A stretch of DNA of 64,000 bases, taken from Terriglobia bacterium. GTDB taxonomy: Bacteria > Acidobacteriota > Terriglobia > 20CM-2-55-15. The stretch's first letter is position 1, and each line of letters starts with the position of its first letter. Below are positions 49,744-60,149 of the stretch, piece after piece. The position numbers and the translations under genes are program-made. The notes under the pieces are model-generated. The model was not told the DNA's origin. It did no database searches and was given only the letters and a program-made list of their open reading frames with translations. Location of the stretch: assembly GCA_965198225.1 (NCBI GenBank), contig CBDAOY010000007.1:416001-480000 (forward strand), written 5' to 3'.

Positions 49744-52188
49744 TTACTCGTACCGCAAGCAGACCAGCGGGTCGACCCGGGTGGCCCGGCGGGCCGGAAC
49801 GTAGCTGGCGATGAGTGCAACCAACAGAAGAACGACCGACATTCCTCCAAAGACCGTAGGCTCGGTCGGACTGACCTCATAGAGCTCACTCGCCAGGAGG
49901 CGGGTGAGTGCGACGGCGCTGATCAGACCGAGCCCGACGCCGGCCCCCGTCAGGGTCACCGCTTGCCGGATCACCATCCCGAAAACGTCCGAGCGTTGAG
50001 CCCCGAGAGCGGTGCGCACTCCGATTTCGTGGCTTCGTTGCGCAACGGAATAGCTGATGACGCCATAGATTCCGATCGTCGCCAGTGCGAGCGCCAACCC
50101 GCCAAACACGGCCATGAGAAACGCCATGAAACGAGCGCCGGCGGTCTGCTGCTCGAGCAGATCGCGCATGGGCCTGATCGCGTAGATTGGGATTCCGCGG
50201 TCGATCGACTGGATCTCGCGCTGGAGAGAGCCCGCCAGGCCGGCTGGGCGGCTGGAACTGGTTCTCACGAGAAGCCCGAGGTTTCTCGTGGGATCCTGCC
50301 CAAGGGAAAAGAAGAGATCCGGATCGTCGGGATCCTCTGTCGGGTCGTCGATCAGGGCTCGGTATTTCAGGTCGGTGACCACGCCGATAAGCGTCATCCA
50401 GGCGGAATCGGAATCCGGATTCCCGAACTTGATCCGCTTCCCGATCGGATCCTCGTCGCCCCACAGTCTTCGCACGAACTTCTCGGTGGCGATCACGGCT
50501 ATCGTGGAGTCGGAGACGTCGCGGGAATCGAAGATGCGTCCGCGTAGCAAAGGCATTGTAGTCGTTTCAAAGAAGTTCGGGCTGACGCTGTGACGATAGA
50601 TCCGAACGCCGCGATCCAGACCTGGCGGGTAGTCCTCCGGAGTGACGATCGTTGCGCTCGCCGCCCCCTCCAGCGGGATGTCGGATGTCAATGCCGCCGA
50701 TATCACCGACGGAAGGCTGGCGACTCGCTCCAGAAGTTGCTCTTCAACGGGCCAGACCTGGTCGTTGTCATACGCCGCAGCCGGCAGCGCCAAGCGGAGC
50801 GTGGTGAGGTTTTCGGCTTCAAACCCGGGCTCGATGTCGCGCATCCGGTTGAAGCTGGAGACCATCAAGCCGGCGCCGATCAGCAGCAGAAGTGCCAGAC
50901 CAACCTCGGAAACGACGAGGAAACTCCGCAGGCGCTGCTGGGCAGTTCGCGCGCCGGCACGTCCGCCGCTTCTGAGGGCCGCGTTGACATCCGGTCGGGA
51001 TCCCTGGAACGCCGCCACGGCACCGACGCCCAATCCCGTGATCACAACGACCAGCGACGTGAACAGCAGTACGCCGGCGTCGACGCGGATGTCGACGAAG
51101 CTTGGGAGACTGACCGGGCTCAGGGCCTTGAGCGCTTCGACCGTCCACAGTGCGACGAGAATGCCCAGCAGGCCTCCCAACGTGCTGAGGACCACACATT
51201 CGGTCAGGAACTGGCGCAGCAGGCGCGCCCTCCCCGCTCCCATGGCCGCCCGCACCGCCGTCTCCCTTTCCCTGGACGTCATCCTGGCCAGCATAAGGTT
51301 TCCCACGTTGGCGCAGGCGATCAACAGGACGAATCCGACGGTCGCGAGCAGCACGAGCAGCGGTATTTGGAGCCCGTCCTGGATGCTTTCACGGATGGGA
51401 ATCACCAGCGCCCCGTAGTTTTCGTTCGAGTCGGTGTACTCCTCTTCGAGTCGCGCGGCAATGGCTTCCATCTCCGACTGAGCTTCCTCGATGCTTCGCC
51501 CCGGCTTGAGCCTTGCGACAACGTCATGCCAGCGTGTGCTTCGGCGTTCGAGAAACCGAGAGGGAAAGCTGAGGGCCGTCATGCTCATCGGAACCCACGC
51601 TTCGGTGTCATCGTCCAGTCCCAGAAAGCCTTCCGGGGCGACACCCACCACCGTGAACTCCCGGTCGTTGAGGTTGATGGTGCGGCCTATGATTTCCGCG
51701 TTTTCGCCGAGGCTGCGCTGCCACAGCCCGTGACTGATGATTGTCACCGGATGCGTATCCGGCGTTTCGTCTTCCTCCGGCAGGAAAGCCCGTCCGAGCC
51801 GTGGCTCGATTCGGAGCAAGTCGAAATAGCTGCCTGAAACGAGTTCTCCCTCGATCCTGCTGGCGCCGTCTGTGCCTGAGAGAGTGAACGAGACGCCGGC
51901 GAACGCGACGATGTCTTCGAATACTTCGTTCTGCTCCCTCCAATCCAGGAAGTCCGGGTAGGACACCGCACGCAATTCGGTGATCTCCCGGCGTACGGTT
52001 TCCGAAACGATCACGACTTGGTCCGCGTCGCCGATCGGCAGCGGATTCAGAAGCACGGCGTTGACCACGCTGAATATTGACGTGTTCGCGCCGATACCGA
52101 GGGCCAGGGTCAGTACGACCACAGTCGCGAAGCCGGGGTTCTTGGCTAATTGACGGAGCGTGAAGCGAATGTCCTGTAGAGAGTCCAT
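49744..52188 (-). CDS. ADOP/MacB-FtsX-type ABC permease
   Basis: TLALGIGANT, LLIACANV, PARRATRVDP. Confidence 0.92.
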   Translation of the reverse strand: MDSLQDIRFTLRQLAKNPGFATVVVLTLALGIGANTSIFSVVNAVLLNPLPIGDADQVVIVSETVRREITELRAVSYPDFLDWREQNEVFEDIVAFAGVSFTLSGTDGASRIEGELVSGSYFDLLRIEPRLGRAFLPEEDETPDTHPVTIISHGLWQRSLGENAEIIGRTINLNDREFTVVGVAPEGFLGLDDDTEAWVPMSMTALSFPSRFLERRSTRWHDVVARLKPGRSIEEAQSEMEAIAARLEEEYTDSNENYGALVIPIRESIQDGLQIPLLVLLATVGFVLLIACANVGNLMLARMTSRERETAVRAAMGAGRARLLRQFLTECVVLSTLGGLLGILVALWTVEALKALSPVSLPSFVDIRVDAGVLLFTSLVVVITGLGVGAVAAFQGSRPDVNAALRSGGRAGARTAQQRLRSFLVVSEVGLALLLLIGAGLMVSSFNRMRDIEPGFEAENLTTLRLALPAAAYDNDQVWPVEEQLLERVASLPSVISAALTSDIPLEGAASATIVTPEDYPPGLDRGVRIYRHSVSPNFFETTTMPLLRGRIFDSRDVSDSTIAVIATEKFVRRLWGDEDPIGKRIKFGNPDSDSAWMTLIGVVTDLKYRALIDDPTEDPDDPDLFFSLGQDPTRNLGLLVRTSSSRPAGLAGSLQREIQSIDRGIPIYAIRPMRDLLEQQTAGARFMAFLMAVFGGLALALATIGIYGVISYSVAQRSHEIGVRTALGAQRSDVFGMVIRQAVTLTGAGVGLGLISAVALTRLLASELYEVSPTEPTVFGGMSVVLLLVALIASYVPARRATRVDPLVCLRYE

Positions 52189-52537
52189 CGATGGTGTCCT
52201 TTTCGAGTTTCCGGCCACGACTTATCGGTGCAGAGGTTCCCCACCTGTCGGCTAGAACACGTACCGCGCCAAAGTATTGTGTCGTTGAAATATAACAAAA
52301 CCAATGGGTTAAACGGTAAGGGATCCCGGACTCAGCGGGGTCTCGTGTTCGCGTGTGGGACGCGTCGTTCAAAACCGAACAGGAGCGCTCAACATCGCTG
52401 CGTCGAGGTCCCGGGCCAAAGTCCCTTGGCACCGGCTGTCAGGTGTCATTCGTGTTGGTTTCCCTATAAGATTCGGAGAATACTGCCTGCATGGGGCCAT
52501 ACTGCCTCCGAACCTCCTGCAGTAAGGGTTGAAACTG

Positions 52538-53380
52538 ATGAGTCCACCGCCGAAAGATGAAATCCAGAGCTGGTCGGAATCCTCACTTTACTGGGAACGG
52601 CACTTCTCGAAGATCCGAGAAATGTTTGCCCCAATTTCTCGAGCATTAATTGAGGATGCGGTCGTCGGTGACGGCGACACCGTGCTAGACGTTGCCGGGG
52701 GATCCGGAGAGCCCTCGCTCAGCGTTGCCGAACGCCTTTCCGAAAGTGGCAGAGTCGTCTACACCGATCCGGTTTCGGGGATGGCCCAGGCGGCAAGCCG
52801 GCATGCCCGAAGCGAGGAGTTGGGAAACATTTACTTCTGCCAGGCTGTGGCAGAGGCTCTGCCGTTCGGCTCGAGCTGGTTCGACGCGGTCCTGTGCCGT
52901 TTTGGAGTTATGTTTTTCCCGGATGCCACGGCGGGTATTGCGGAAATGTTGCGGGTTGCCCGATCGGGTGCGCGGGTTGCTGCAGCGGTCTGGGGGCCCG
53001 CCGAGGTAAATCCGTTCCACACCGTCATCTCGGATGTCGTTTCGAAGTACGTCCCGCCTGAACCCGAGGACCCGGATGCGACCGGGGCGTTTCGGTTCGC
53101 CGAGTCGGGCAAATTGGAGCGCGTGTTCCTCGACGCCGGCGCCGCAAACGTCGTCGAACGGCTGCTGGCTTTCAACGTCGAAGCCTCGATGTCGGTGGAC
53201 AGCTTCTGGGAATTGAGATCCCAGCTGTCGGGTACGCTCCGGGACAAACTCGCCGGTCTGCCCGCAGACCAGGCTCACCAGGTTGCCGAGGAGGTCAAGG
53301 AAGGAGCGGCCGCCTTTTCCAGGGACGGAAGGATCAGTCTCCCGGCCCAGGTGATTATTGTGAGGGGCAGCAAGGGGTAG
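52538..53380 (+). CDS. Class I SAM-dependent methyltransferase
   Basis: VLDVAGGSGE, FDAVLCRFGVMFF. Confidence 0.88.
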   Translation: MSPPPKDEIQSWSESSLYWERHFSKIREMFAPISRALIEDAVVGDGDTVLDVAGGSGEPSLSVAERLSESGRVVYTDPVSGMAQAASRHARSEELGNIYFCQAVAEALPFGSSWFDAVLCRFGVMFFPDATAGIAEMLRVARSGARVAAAVWGPAEVNPFHTVISDVVSKYVPPEPEDPDATGAFRFAESGKLERVFLDAGAANVVERLLAFNVEASMSVDSFWELRSQLSGTLRDKLAGLPADQAHQVAEEVKEGAAAFSRDGRISLPAQVIIVRGSKG

Positions 53381-53458
53381 CGGAACCACAAACTCCCCTC
53401 CTTGGACAAGGAGGGGAGTGGGAGTCGGTTCTCCTCACTACTGACTACCGACTACTGA

Positions 53459-54814
53459 CTACTTCTTCAGCACGTCCTTGCCCATCGCGGCTTGCAGTGC
53501 CGCCGGAACCTTCACCGATCCATCGGGTTGCTGATAGTTGTCGAGGATGGCGATAAGCATCCGGCCCATGGCGCAGCCCGTGTCGTTGACGGTGTGGCAG
53601 AAGCGCAGGGTGCCGTCGGCAGTGCGGTACCGGATTTTGAGGCGACGCGCCTGGTAATCGGTTGTATTCGTGTCGGTCATGACCTCCATGAACTCACCCG
53701 ATCCAGACATCCAGACCTCGACGTCCCGCTGCCGGTAGCTGGCCAGGTATCCCGCGTCCCCGGTGCATTTGTCGACGATCCGGTAGGGCAGTTGCAGTTG
53801 CTGCATCAACCATTCATTGATGCTTCCGAATTCGTCGTAGACCGCCTTCGATTCCTCCGGCCGACAGACCGCGTTCATTTCGATCTTGTCGAACTGGTGG
53901 ACCCGCTTGATCCCCTTTACGTCCTTGCCCCATGATCCGGCTTCGGAACGGAAGCACGGGGTCGCCGCGAAGACTTTCACCGGGAGCGTGTCTTCATCCA
54001 GAGTCCGATCCATGAAGTAGCTGAAGTTCGTGGGTTCCGACGATCCGACGAGGAACAGGGGCAGTGGTTCTTCCACGTTGTCGGTCTTGATCTCATAGAC
54101 CTGATCCCGACCCTCCGGAAAGTGGGACGTGCCGTAGAGGGAACGTTCCCGGACCAGCAACGGAGGGATGATCGGCTGATATCGGCGCCGGACGAGCTCG
54201 TCGGAGAGCAGGCGCTGGATCGCAAGCTGCATCAGTGCGACGTCCCCGAACAGATACGCAAATCGTGAGCCCGACACCTTCCCGCCCTGCGGGGTGTCGA
54301 CGCCGCCGAGTTTTTCGCCGAGCTCGGTGTAGTGCAGCGTCTTGAACTCGTTGCTTCCGGCGTGGGGCGGAGCCGTCGGCATGAACTGCGCGGAGTGGTT
54401 CGCCCGGCCGAGTTTCGACGAGTCCAGGTAACCCGTACCCGGGACCCACGCGCACTCTTCGACGTTGTCTTCCTCACCGGTCCCTTCCGGCATTTCAGGA
54501 TCGATAAAGTTTGGAAACCAATCCAGGTGGGATTTCCATTCCGCCGTCACGTCCGACAGGTCTTTGTCCAGACCACGGGACTTTTCCCGCAGCTCCTGAC
54601 CCTTCGCGCGAGCCGAGTCGGGGTCGGTCTTGCCCAGGCCGGCGATCTTTTTCTTCGCGGCGTTCAAGGCGTCGATTTCGGTCTGCAATGCCCGCCTGCG
54701 GGCGTCCAACTCCAGCCAGCGGTCGACGTCCGCCCTGGCCGGGTCGACTTTTCGGAGGCGGAGGATTTCCTTCAACCGGTCGGGATTCGCTCGAACTGCT
54801 TTCACGTCCAGCAT
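53459..54814 (-). CDS. serS: Serine--tRNA ligase
   Basis: CFRSEAG, RVHQFDKIE, TDYQARR, ILDNYQ. Confidence 0.93.
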   Translation of the reverse strand: MLDVKAVRANPDRLKEILRLRKVDPARADVDRWLELDARRRALQTEIDALNAAKKKIAGLGKTDPDSARAKGQELREKSRGLDKDLSDVTAEWKSHLDWFPNFIDPEMPEGTGEEDNVEECAWVPGTGYLDSSKLGRANHSAQFMPTAPPHAGSNEFKTLHYTELGEKLGGVDTPQGGKVSGSRFAYLFGDVALMQLAIQRLLSDELVRRRYQPIIPPLLVRERSLYGTSHFPEGRDQVYEIKTDNVEEPLPLFLVGSSEPTNFSYFMDRTLDEDTLPVKVFAATPCFRSEAGSWGKDVKGIKRVHQFDKIEMNAVCRPEESKAVYDEFGSINEWLMQQLQLPYRIVDKCTGDAGYLASYRQRDVEVWMSGSGEFMEVMTDTNTTDYQARRLKIRYRTADGTLRFCHTVNDTGCAMGRMLIAILDNYQQPDGSVKVPAALQAAMGKDVLKK

Positions 54815-54827
54815 CTGTCACCAGTGG

Positions 54828-56738
54828 CTACATGCTCTCGACCATCAGTTTCGCGACGGCCTGGTTGAACTTCGCCGGGTTCGCCAGCTCCGACCCTTCG
54901 GCGATGAGTGCATAACCCAGAAGCAGCTCCGCGTAGTCGTCGATGGCGGAATCGTCCTTGTCGTTCCCGACCCTCTCCTGGAGTTTCTGAACGATCTCGT
55001 GATCCGGATTCAGCTCCATGATCCGCAGCTGTTTCGGGGCCCGGCCCTGCTGGGCCTGGAGAATTCGTTCCATATGCGGGCTGAAGTCCTCTTCGGCGAC
55101 GACCAGGCAGGCCGGCGAGTCCGTCAGCCGGTTCGTCAGTCGGACTTCCTTGACGTGCTTGTCGAGCTTGGTCTTGAGCAACGCCATGATGTCGGTGAAC
55201 TGGGTCTGCCTGGCGTTCAAGTCCTTCCGCGCCTTCTTCTGCTCCTCGTCTGTCCCAAGATCCACGGTCCCCTTGGCGATCGACTTGAGCTTCTTGTCTT
55301 CGAACTCCGTGAGCGACTGCACCATCAATTCGTCGATGGGATCGCTGAGGAAGAGGACTTCCAGGTCCCTGGCCTTGAACGCCTCGAGGTGCGGTGAACT
55401 GGCGATCGCGGACCGTGAATCGCCGGTGAGGTAGAAGATTTCCTCCTGGTCCGACTTCATCCTGGCCACGTACTCTTTGAGCGTCGTCTGCTTCTCGTCG
55501 TCGTTGGACGAATCAAACCACAGCAATGGAGTAAGCTTGTCCTTGTTCTCGAAGTCGAAGCTGACACCCTCCTTCAACACGCGCCCGAAATGCTTCCAGA
55601 ACTTCGAGTAGGCATCCTTGTCGCCGCCGGCCATCTCAGACAGGGCATCGATGATCTTCCGAGTCAGCCATTTCCGTATCTGCGTGATGTGGCGATCTTC
55701 CTGCAGCCGCTGACGGGAGATGTTCAGCGGCAGGTCGGAGGAGTCGACCAGGCCTTTGACGAACCGCAGGTAGCGTGGGAGCAGATCTTCGGAGCTCTCC
55801 ATGATCAGGACCTTGCGGACGTAGAGCTGGAGCCCGAACTTTCCGGTGTCGAAGAAAAGATCCATCGGGGCCTCGGACGGGAGGTAGAGCAGCGCCTGGT
55901 ACTCGATCCGACCCTCAGCCTGGAACGTCAGGTGCTTCAGCGGCTCGTTCCAGTCGTGGCTGATGTGTTTGTAGAACTCCTTGTATTCTTCGTCGCTGAC
56001 CTCCGACGCCGGTCGCGTCCAGATCGGTTTCATGGAGTTGATCGGCTTCGGCTCTTCCTTGTCCTTCTTTTCCTCGGCCTCCTTCCCCGTCGGCCGGTAC
56101 AGGATCGGATAGCCGACAAAGTCGGAATACTGCTTGACGATTCGCTGGATGATCCATTCTTCGGTGAAGTCTTCGATACCGCTGTCGGAATCAACCTCCG
56201 TCAGGTGCAGAGTGATCGACGTCCCCCGCCGAAACTTGTCCGCTTCCGACAGGGAATACTCGCCGTCCCCCGATGATTCCCACAACGACCCACTCTCCTC
56301 GCCGGCGCGGCGAGTCAACAGGGACACCCGGTCAGCGACCATGAAAGCCGAATAGAAGCCGACTCCGAACTGGCCGATCATCTTCTCGGTGATCTCGTCA
56401 GGCTTGCCCTTGAGGCTTTCCAAGAGCTCGCGTGTGCCCGACTTCGCGATCGTCCCGATGTGTTCGACTACTTCATCGCGGCTCATCCCGATCCCGTTGT
56501 CGTGGATCGTGACGGTCCGGGCTTCCTTGTCGCTTTCGATCGTGATTTCAAGTTGATCGTCCTTGCCCAGCAGGTCCGGGTTCTGGAGCGATTCCACCCG
56601 AAGGCGGTCCAGTGCGTCCGACGCGTTGGATATGAGCTCACGCAGGAAGATTTCCTTGTTGGTGTACAGAGAATGAATCATCAGGTCGAGGACCTGTTTG
56701 GCCTCGGCCTGAAACTGATGTGTCTCGGTCGTACTCAT
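54828..56738 (-). CDS. htpG: Chaperone HtpG (Hsp90)
   Basis: FLRELISNASDA, IGQFGVGFYS. Confidence 0.97.
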   Translation of the reverse strand: MSTTETHQFQAEAKQVLDLMIHSLYTNKEIFLRELISNASDALDRLRVESLQNPDLLGKDDQLEITIESDKEARTVTIHDNGIGMSRDEVVEHIGTIAKSGTRELLESLKGKPDEITEKMIGQFGVGFYSAFMVADRVSLLTRRAGEESGSLWESSGDGEYSLSEADKFRRGTSITLHLTEVDSDSGIEDFTEEWIIQRIVKQYSDFVGYPILYRPTGKEAEEKKDKEEPKPINSMKPIWTRPASEVSDEEYKEFYKHISHDWNEPLKHLTFQAEGRIEYQALLYLPSEAPMDLFFDTGKFGLQLYVRKVLIMESSEDLLPRYLRFVKGLVDSSDLPLNISRQRLQEDRHITQIRKWLTRKIIDALSEMAGGDKDAYSKFWKHFGRVLKEGVSFDFENKDKLTPLLWFDSSNDDEKQTTLKEYVARMKSDQEEIFYLTGDSRSAIASSPHLEAFKARDLEVLFLSDPIDELMVQSLTEFEDKKLKSIAKGTVDLGTDEEQKKARKDLNARQTQFTDIMALLKTKLDKHVKEVRLTNRLTDSPACLVVAEEDFSPHMERILQAQQGRAPKQLRIMELNPDHEIVQKLQERVGNDKDDSAIDDYAELLLGYALIAEGSELANPAKFNQAVAKLMVESM

Positions 56739-56849
56739 TGCTGTTCCTATCCTCCAGAAGACAAACAGTTATTGTAACCCGACCGCACGCCTGGCGTACG
56801 GTCGGGTTAGTTGTCTGTTGCCAGTAGTCAGGAGTCAGTTGAAGCTGGA

Positions 56850-57130
56850 ACCGACTCCCCTCCTTGGATAGATAAGGAGGGGTGGATGCGCCGGAGGCGC
56901 AGACGGGGTGGTTCGATAACAATTGGGTTGCGCCGGAAGCGCGTTGCCTGAGCGGACGGGGTGGTTCGACACGGGGTGCGGACAATTGATGGTGACTTTA
57001 CCCCCTCAAAAAGGGCCTCGGATGCGCCGGAAGGCGCAGACGTTTTCCAGGCGTTGCCTGAGCGGAAACGTTGGTAAAGAGTAGAACCCTGTCACCACCG
57101 TCCCGGACTCTCCTCCTTGCCAAATGGAGC
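56850..57130. repeat. Second REP-like palindrome family (CCCCTCCTT...AAGGAGGGG), also near 53392-53420
   Basis: Inverted repeats and locally duplicated motifs. Confidence 0.6.
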
Positions 57131-57230
57131 AGTCTTCCGGACGGGGTGCGGAGGGCTCGTTGATGGGCCGAGGGGTTTCGGATCCAGTGATGGATGTTTA
57201 TCCCGAATCTCAATCGGGGAAGTGTGCAAA

Positions 57231-57980
57231 TCAGTCTGGGGTTCGAGCGGTTTTGCCTCCCGGGATTTCGGAATAGGACTTTACCCCCTCAAAAAGGGCC
57301 TCGGCAATCTGTTGACGGTAGGTTTCGCCTTTGAGCAGTCGTTCGTCTTCCGGGTTGCTGATGAACGAAACCTCGGCGAGAATCGAGGGCATTTCGGCGC
57401 CGACCAAAACGGCCAGAGGGGCGGGTTTGACGCCTCGGTCCCGGGCAGTCGGGATCTTCGTGGCTAGAGCGTTCTGAATGTGAGTCGCGAATTCCCGCGA
57501 CTCGGCGATTTTGTCCAGCATGAGAATGTCCCGGATTCTGTCCCGAAGAGCCGATATCGACTTCCGGGATGTCCCGCTCTCCCGGGCGGCGACCGCCATT
57601 GCTTCCTGCGAGGTCGTGGGGCTGAGGAAGAAGGTTTCGAATCCCCGAATCGACCGGTGACTGCTGGAATTGGCATGAATGGAGACGAACAGGTCCGCTT
57701 GCGCCCGATTGGCGATCGCGGTGCGTGTTTCCAGCGGTACGAACACGTCGTCGTACCGGGTCAAGACGACTTCCACTCCAAGTCCGGACTCGATATTGGT
57801 TCGCAGGCGGTTGGCGATGTCCAGGACCAGCTCCTTCTCTTTCAATCCGCTGGGGCCGGTGCTGCCGGCATCGCGACCGCCGTGTCCTGCATCGATGACG
57901 ACGCGGCCGAGTCTTTGTTCGGGCCGTGGGATGGGCGAACCTTCTCCGTATATGTCCTGGACGAGGCGAACGTCCTCCAT
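57231..57980 (-). CDS. N-acetylmuramoyl-L-alanine amidase (Amidase_3), start uncertain or N-truncated
   Basis: IDAGHGG, FVSIHAN, ILAEVSFISN. Confidence 0.8.
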   Translation of the reverse strand: MEDVRLVQDIYGEGSPIPRPEQRLGRVVIDAGHGGRDAGSTGPSGLKEKELVLDIANRLRTNIESGLGVEVVLTRYDDVFVPLETRTAIANRAQADLFVSIHANSSSHRSIRGFETFFLSPTTSQEAMAVAARESGTSRKSISALRDRIRDILMLDKIAESREFATHIQNALATKIPTARDRGVKPAPLAVLVGAEMPSILAEVSFISNPEDERLLKGETYRQQIAEALFEGVKSYSEIPGGKTARTPD

Positions 57981-58248
57981 CGCCTTTTCACTCGACTCGC
58001 CGGCACCAAGGTACCGTGCGCACCCCACATCCGGGGCGCCCGTAGTCGGTCGCCGGAACGGAGTGGGGAATGTCGCTCGAGAAGATTCTCGATAGGGAGG
58101 ATCGCCGGATCGGGGACGGCCGGTCGAGCCGTCTCCATTTGCCCAGCAGCACCGGGTGCCATCCAGTAGGAAGAGACCACGGCCGAGTTGGTAGCAAGTA
58201 TCGATATTGCGGCCGCCGCAGTAACTCAGCAGATCGACACTCTGAACG

Positions 58249-59016
58249 ATGTGGAGGTCCATCCAATGCAGACGAGGCAATGAGTCAGGTACTTCAGTGT
58301 CCAGCCAGAAAACATGGAGCGGCATCGGTCGCAGTAGGTGGGTCGCTTCTTCGAGCCTTCCCGAGACGAGCCTCCCGCCGCCGGCCCCGGGGGGGCTCCG
58401 GTCGATCTATTGTCCACAAATCGCTGCTGCCAAGGCCGGTGTTGCCAATGCCATTGTCGATATCAATCCCCCACTCACTCGGCCGGATTCCCGGATCCAG
58501 TTTTTCAGGGTCAATATCTCGCGTGAGAACGACTGGAAGGTCGTCGAGGACCACGTCGCCAAACACGGCAAGTTCAGCTTCAGCATCTGCTCCCACACCT
58601 TGGAGGATGTCGCCAACCCTCTCCTCGTCTGCGAGAAACTGTCCATCATCTCGGAGTCGGGCTACGTTGCCGTTCCGAGCAAGTTTGTCGAGATGGCCCG
58701 TTTCGAGAAGGTAATGGCCACCGGCATTTCCTATCGCGGCTACATTCATCACCGATGGGTCTTCACAATCCGAGACGGCCTACTCTGGGGATTCCCCAAG
58801 GTACCTTTCGTTGAGATTGACCCTTTCTTCGATCAGATCGGGAACCATGCCACGAATTCCAACCTCGATATGAGCTTTTTCTGGGATTCACGGTTGAATC
58901 TGCAGATTGTAAATGATGACTACCTCGGGCCATCGGTAGACGCGGTGATCGGCTACTACCACGATCTGATGATCCGGGACGATGTGGATAGCGTCGCCGG
59001 CACCACGTACCCTTAA
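58249..59016 (+). CDS. SAM methyltransferase-like protein, probably N-truncated
   Basis: FSFSICSHTLEDVANP...GYVAVP; no motif I visible; start uncertain. Confidence 0.55.
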   Translation: MWRSIQCRRGNESGTSVSSQKTWSGIGRSRWVASSSLPETSLPPPAPGGLRSIYCPQIAAAKAGVANAIVDINPPLTRPDSRIQFFRVNISRENDWKVVEDHVAKHGKFSFSICSHTLEDVANPLLVCEKLSIISESGYVAVPSKFVEMARFEKVMATGISYRGYIHHRWVFTIRDGLLWGFPKVPFVEIDPFFDQIGNHATNSNLDMSFFWDSRLNLQIVNDDYLGPSVDAVIGYYHDLMIRDDVDSVAGTTYP

Positions 59017-59144
59017 CAGCCCGTGGCAGAACTCTGCAGGGCCGCGTTACGGCCAAACGGGGCCGGATTCTAGGAGGCGAGGACGAAGCAATGCTCATTC
59101 ATTGGGAGGAGTCGGCGACAACGAAGACGGCCCCGTTTCGCCGT

Positions 59145-59260
59145 AACCCGAAGGGCGCAGGGGGGTTCGGGCCGCAGGCTTTGTCGCTCGTCGGTCACGA
59201 TGAATGATCATCGCTCCGCTCCTCGCTTCGCGCCTGCAACCCGAAGACCCCTGCGCGCGA
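59145..59260. repeat. Palindromic MITE-like intergenic element
   Basis: GCGCAGGGG...GCAGGC and GCCTGC...CCCCTGCGC inverted arms. Confidence 0.45.
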
Positions 59261-59310
59261 CCCTGCAGAGTTCCGCCAGGGGCTGTTAGACCGGACATCC
59301 TGGGGAGCCG

Positions 59311-59949
59311 ATGAAGAACTTCGAAAACCGATTTCGCTTCCATATGTCGCAGGGTCTCCGGCTCGACAGGGCGCTGGACATAGGGGCATATCGCGGCGAG
59401 TTTTCGAGGCTTCTCCATCAGCTCTGGCCTGGAATCAAGGTATGGCAGTTCGAAGCCGATGTGCGCCAGAAGCCACACAACCCGGAGGCCTTTTATGTCC
59501 TCCTGGGCGACCAGCAGAGAGAATGCGACTTCTACACGGTCGATGAAAAGGATGCGTTCACGACGGGGTCTTCCATCTATCGGGAAAACACTGCGTTCTA
59601 CCGTAATCCCATCGTCATGACAAAGGAGATGACGACAATCGACCGGATCATGGAGAGGGTCGATTTTTCCGGGAACTGGAAAGGACACGGCCTCGTGAAG
59701 CTGGATACCCAGGGATCGGAAGTGGACATTCTCAAGGGCGCCCGAAACTTTCTCGAGACATTCACTCCCCGGCTCATCCTGCTCGAAGCGTCGGTCTTCC
59801 CCTACAACGTCGGGGCGCCGCTCATCGCCAGTGTGTTCGCGTACATGACATCCATTGGCTATCGGGCGATCGACGTTCTTGATATGCAGTACATGGACTC
59901 CGTTCTGAATCAGATGGACGTGCTGTTCGAACTCGAACGCGCTCCCTAG
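59311..59949 (+). CDS. FkbM-family methyltransferase
   Basis: LDIGAYRGEFS, KLDTQGSE. Confidence 0.88.
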   Translation: MKNFENRFRFHMSQGLRLDRALDIGAYRGEFSRLLHQLWPGIKVWQFEADVRQKPHNPEAFYVLLGDQQRECDFYTVDEKDAFTTGSSIYRENTAFYRNPIVMTKEMTTIDRIMERVDFSGNWKGHGLVKLDTQGSEVDILKGARNFLETFTPRLILLEASVFPYNVGAPLIASVFAYMTSIGYRAIDVLDMQYMDSVLNQMDVLFELERAP

Positions 59950-60149
59950 CCTGCCCCCCGCTTAAGAACTCGGCAAGAGCTAACCGTTATGGCAACCCTA
60001 CCGACCGCGCCTGTGGTCGGTCGGGGTAGTAATCCGTTATCGGACCGCGACTGGTCTCCACTCGTGAGGCTCCCCAAACGGCCTACGGACAACGGCCTAC
60101 GGACTCCCCTGGTCCCACCGTGTCATCCCCGCGCGGTATACTCCGGGCC

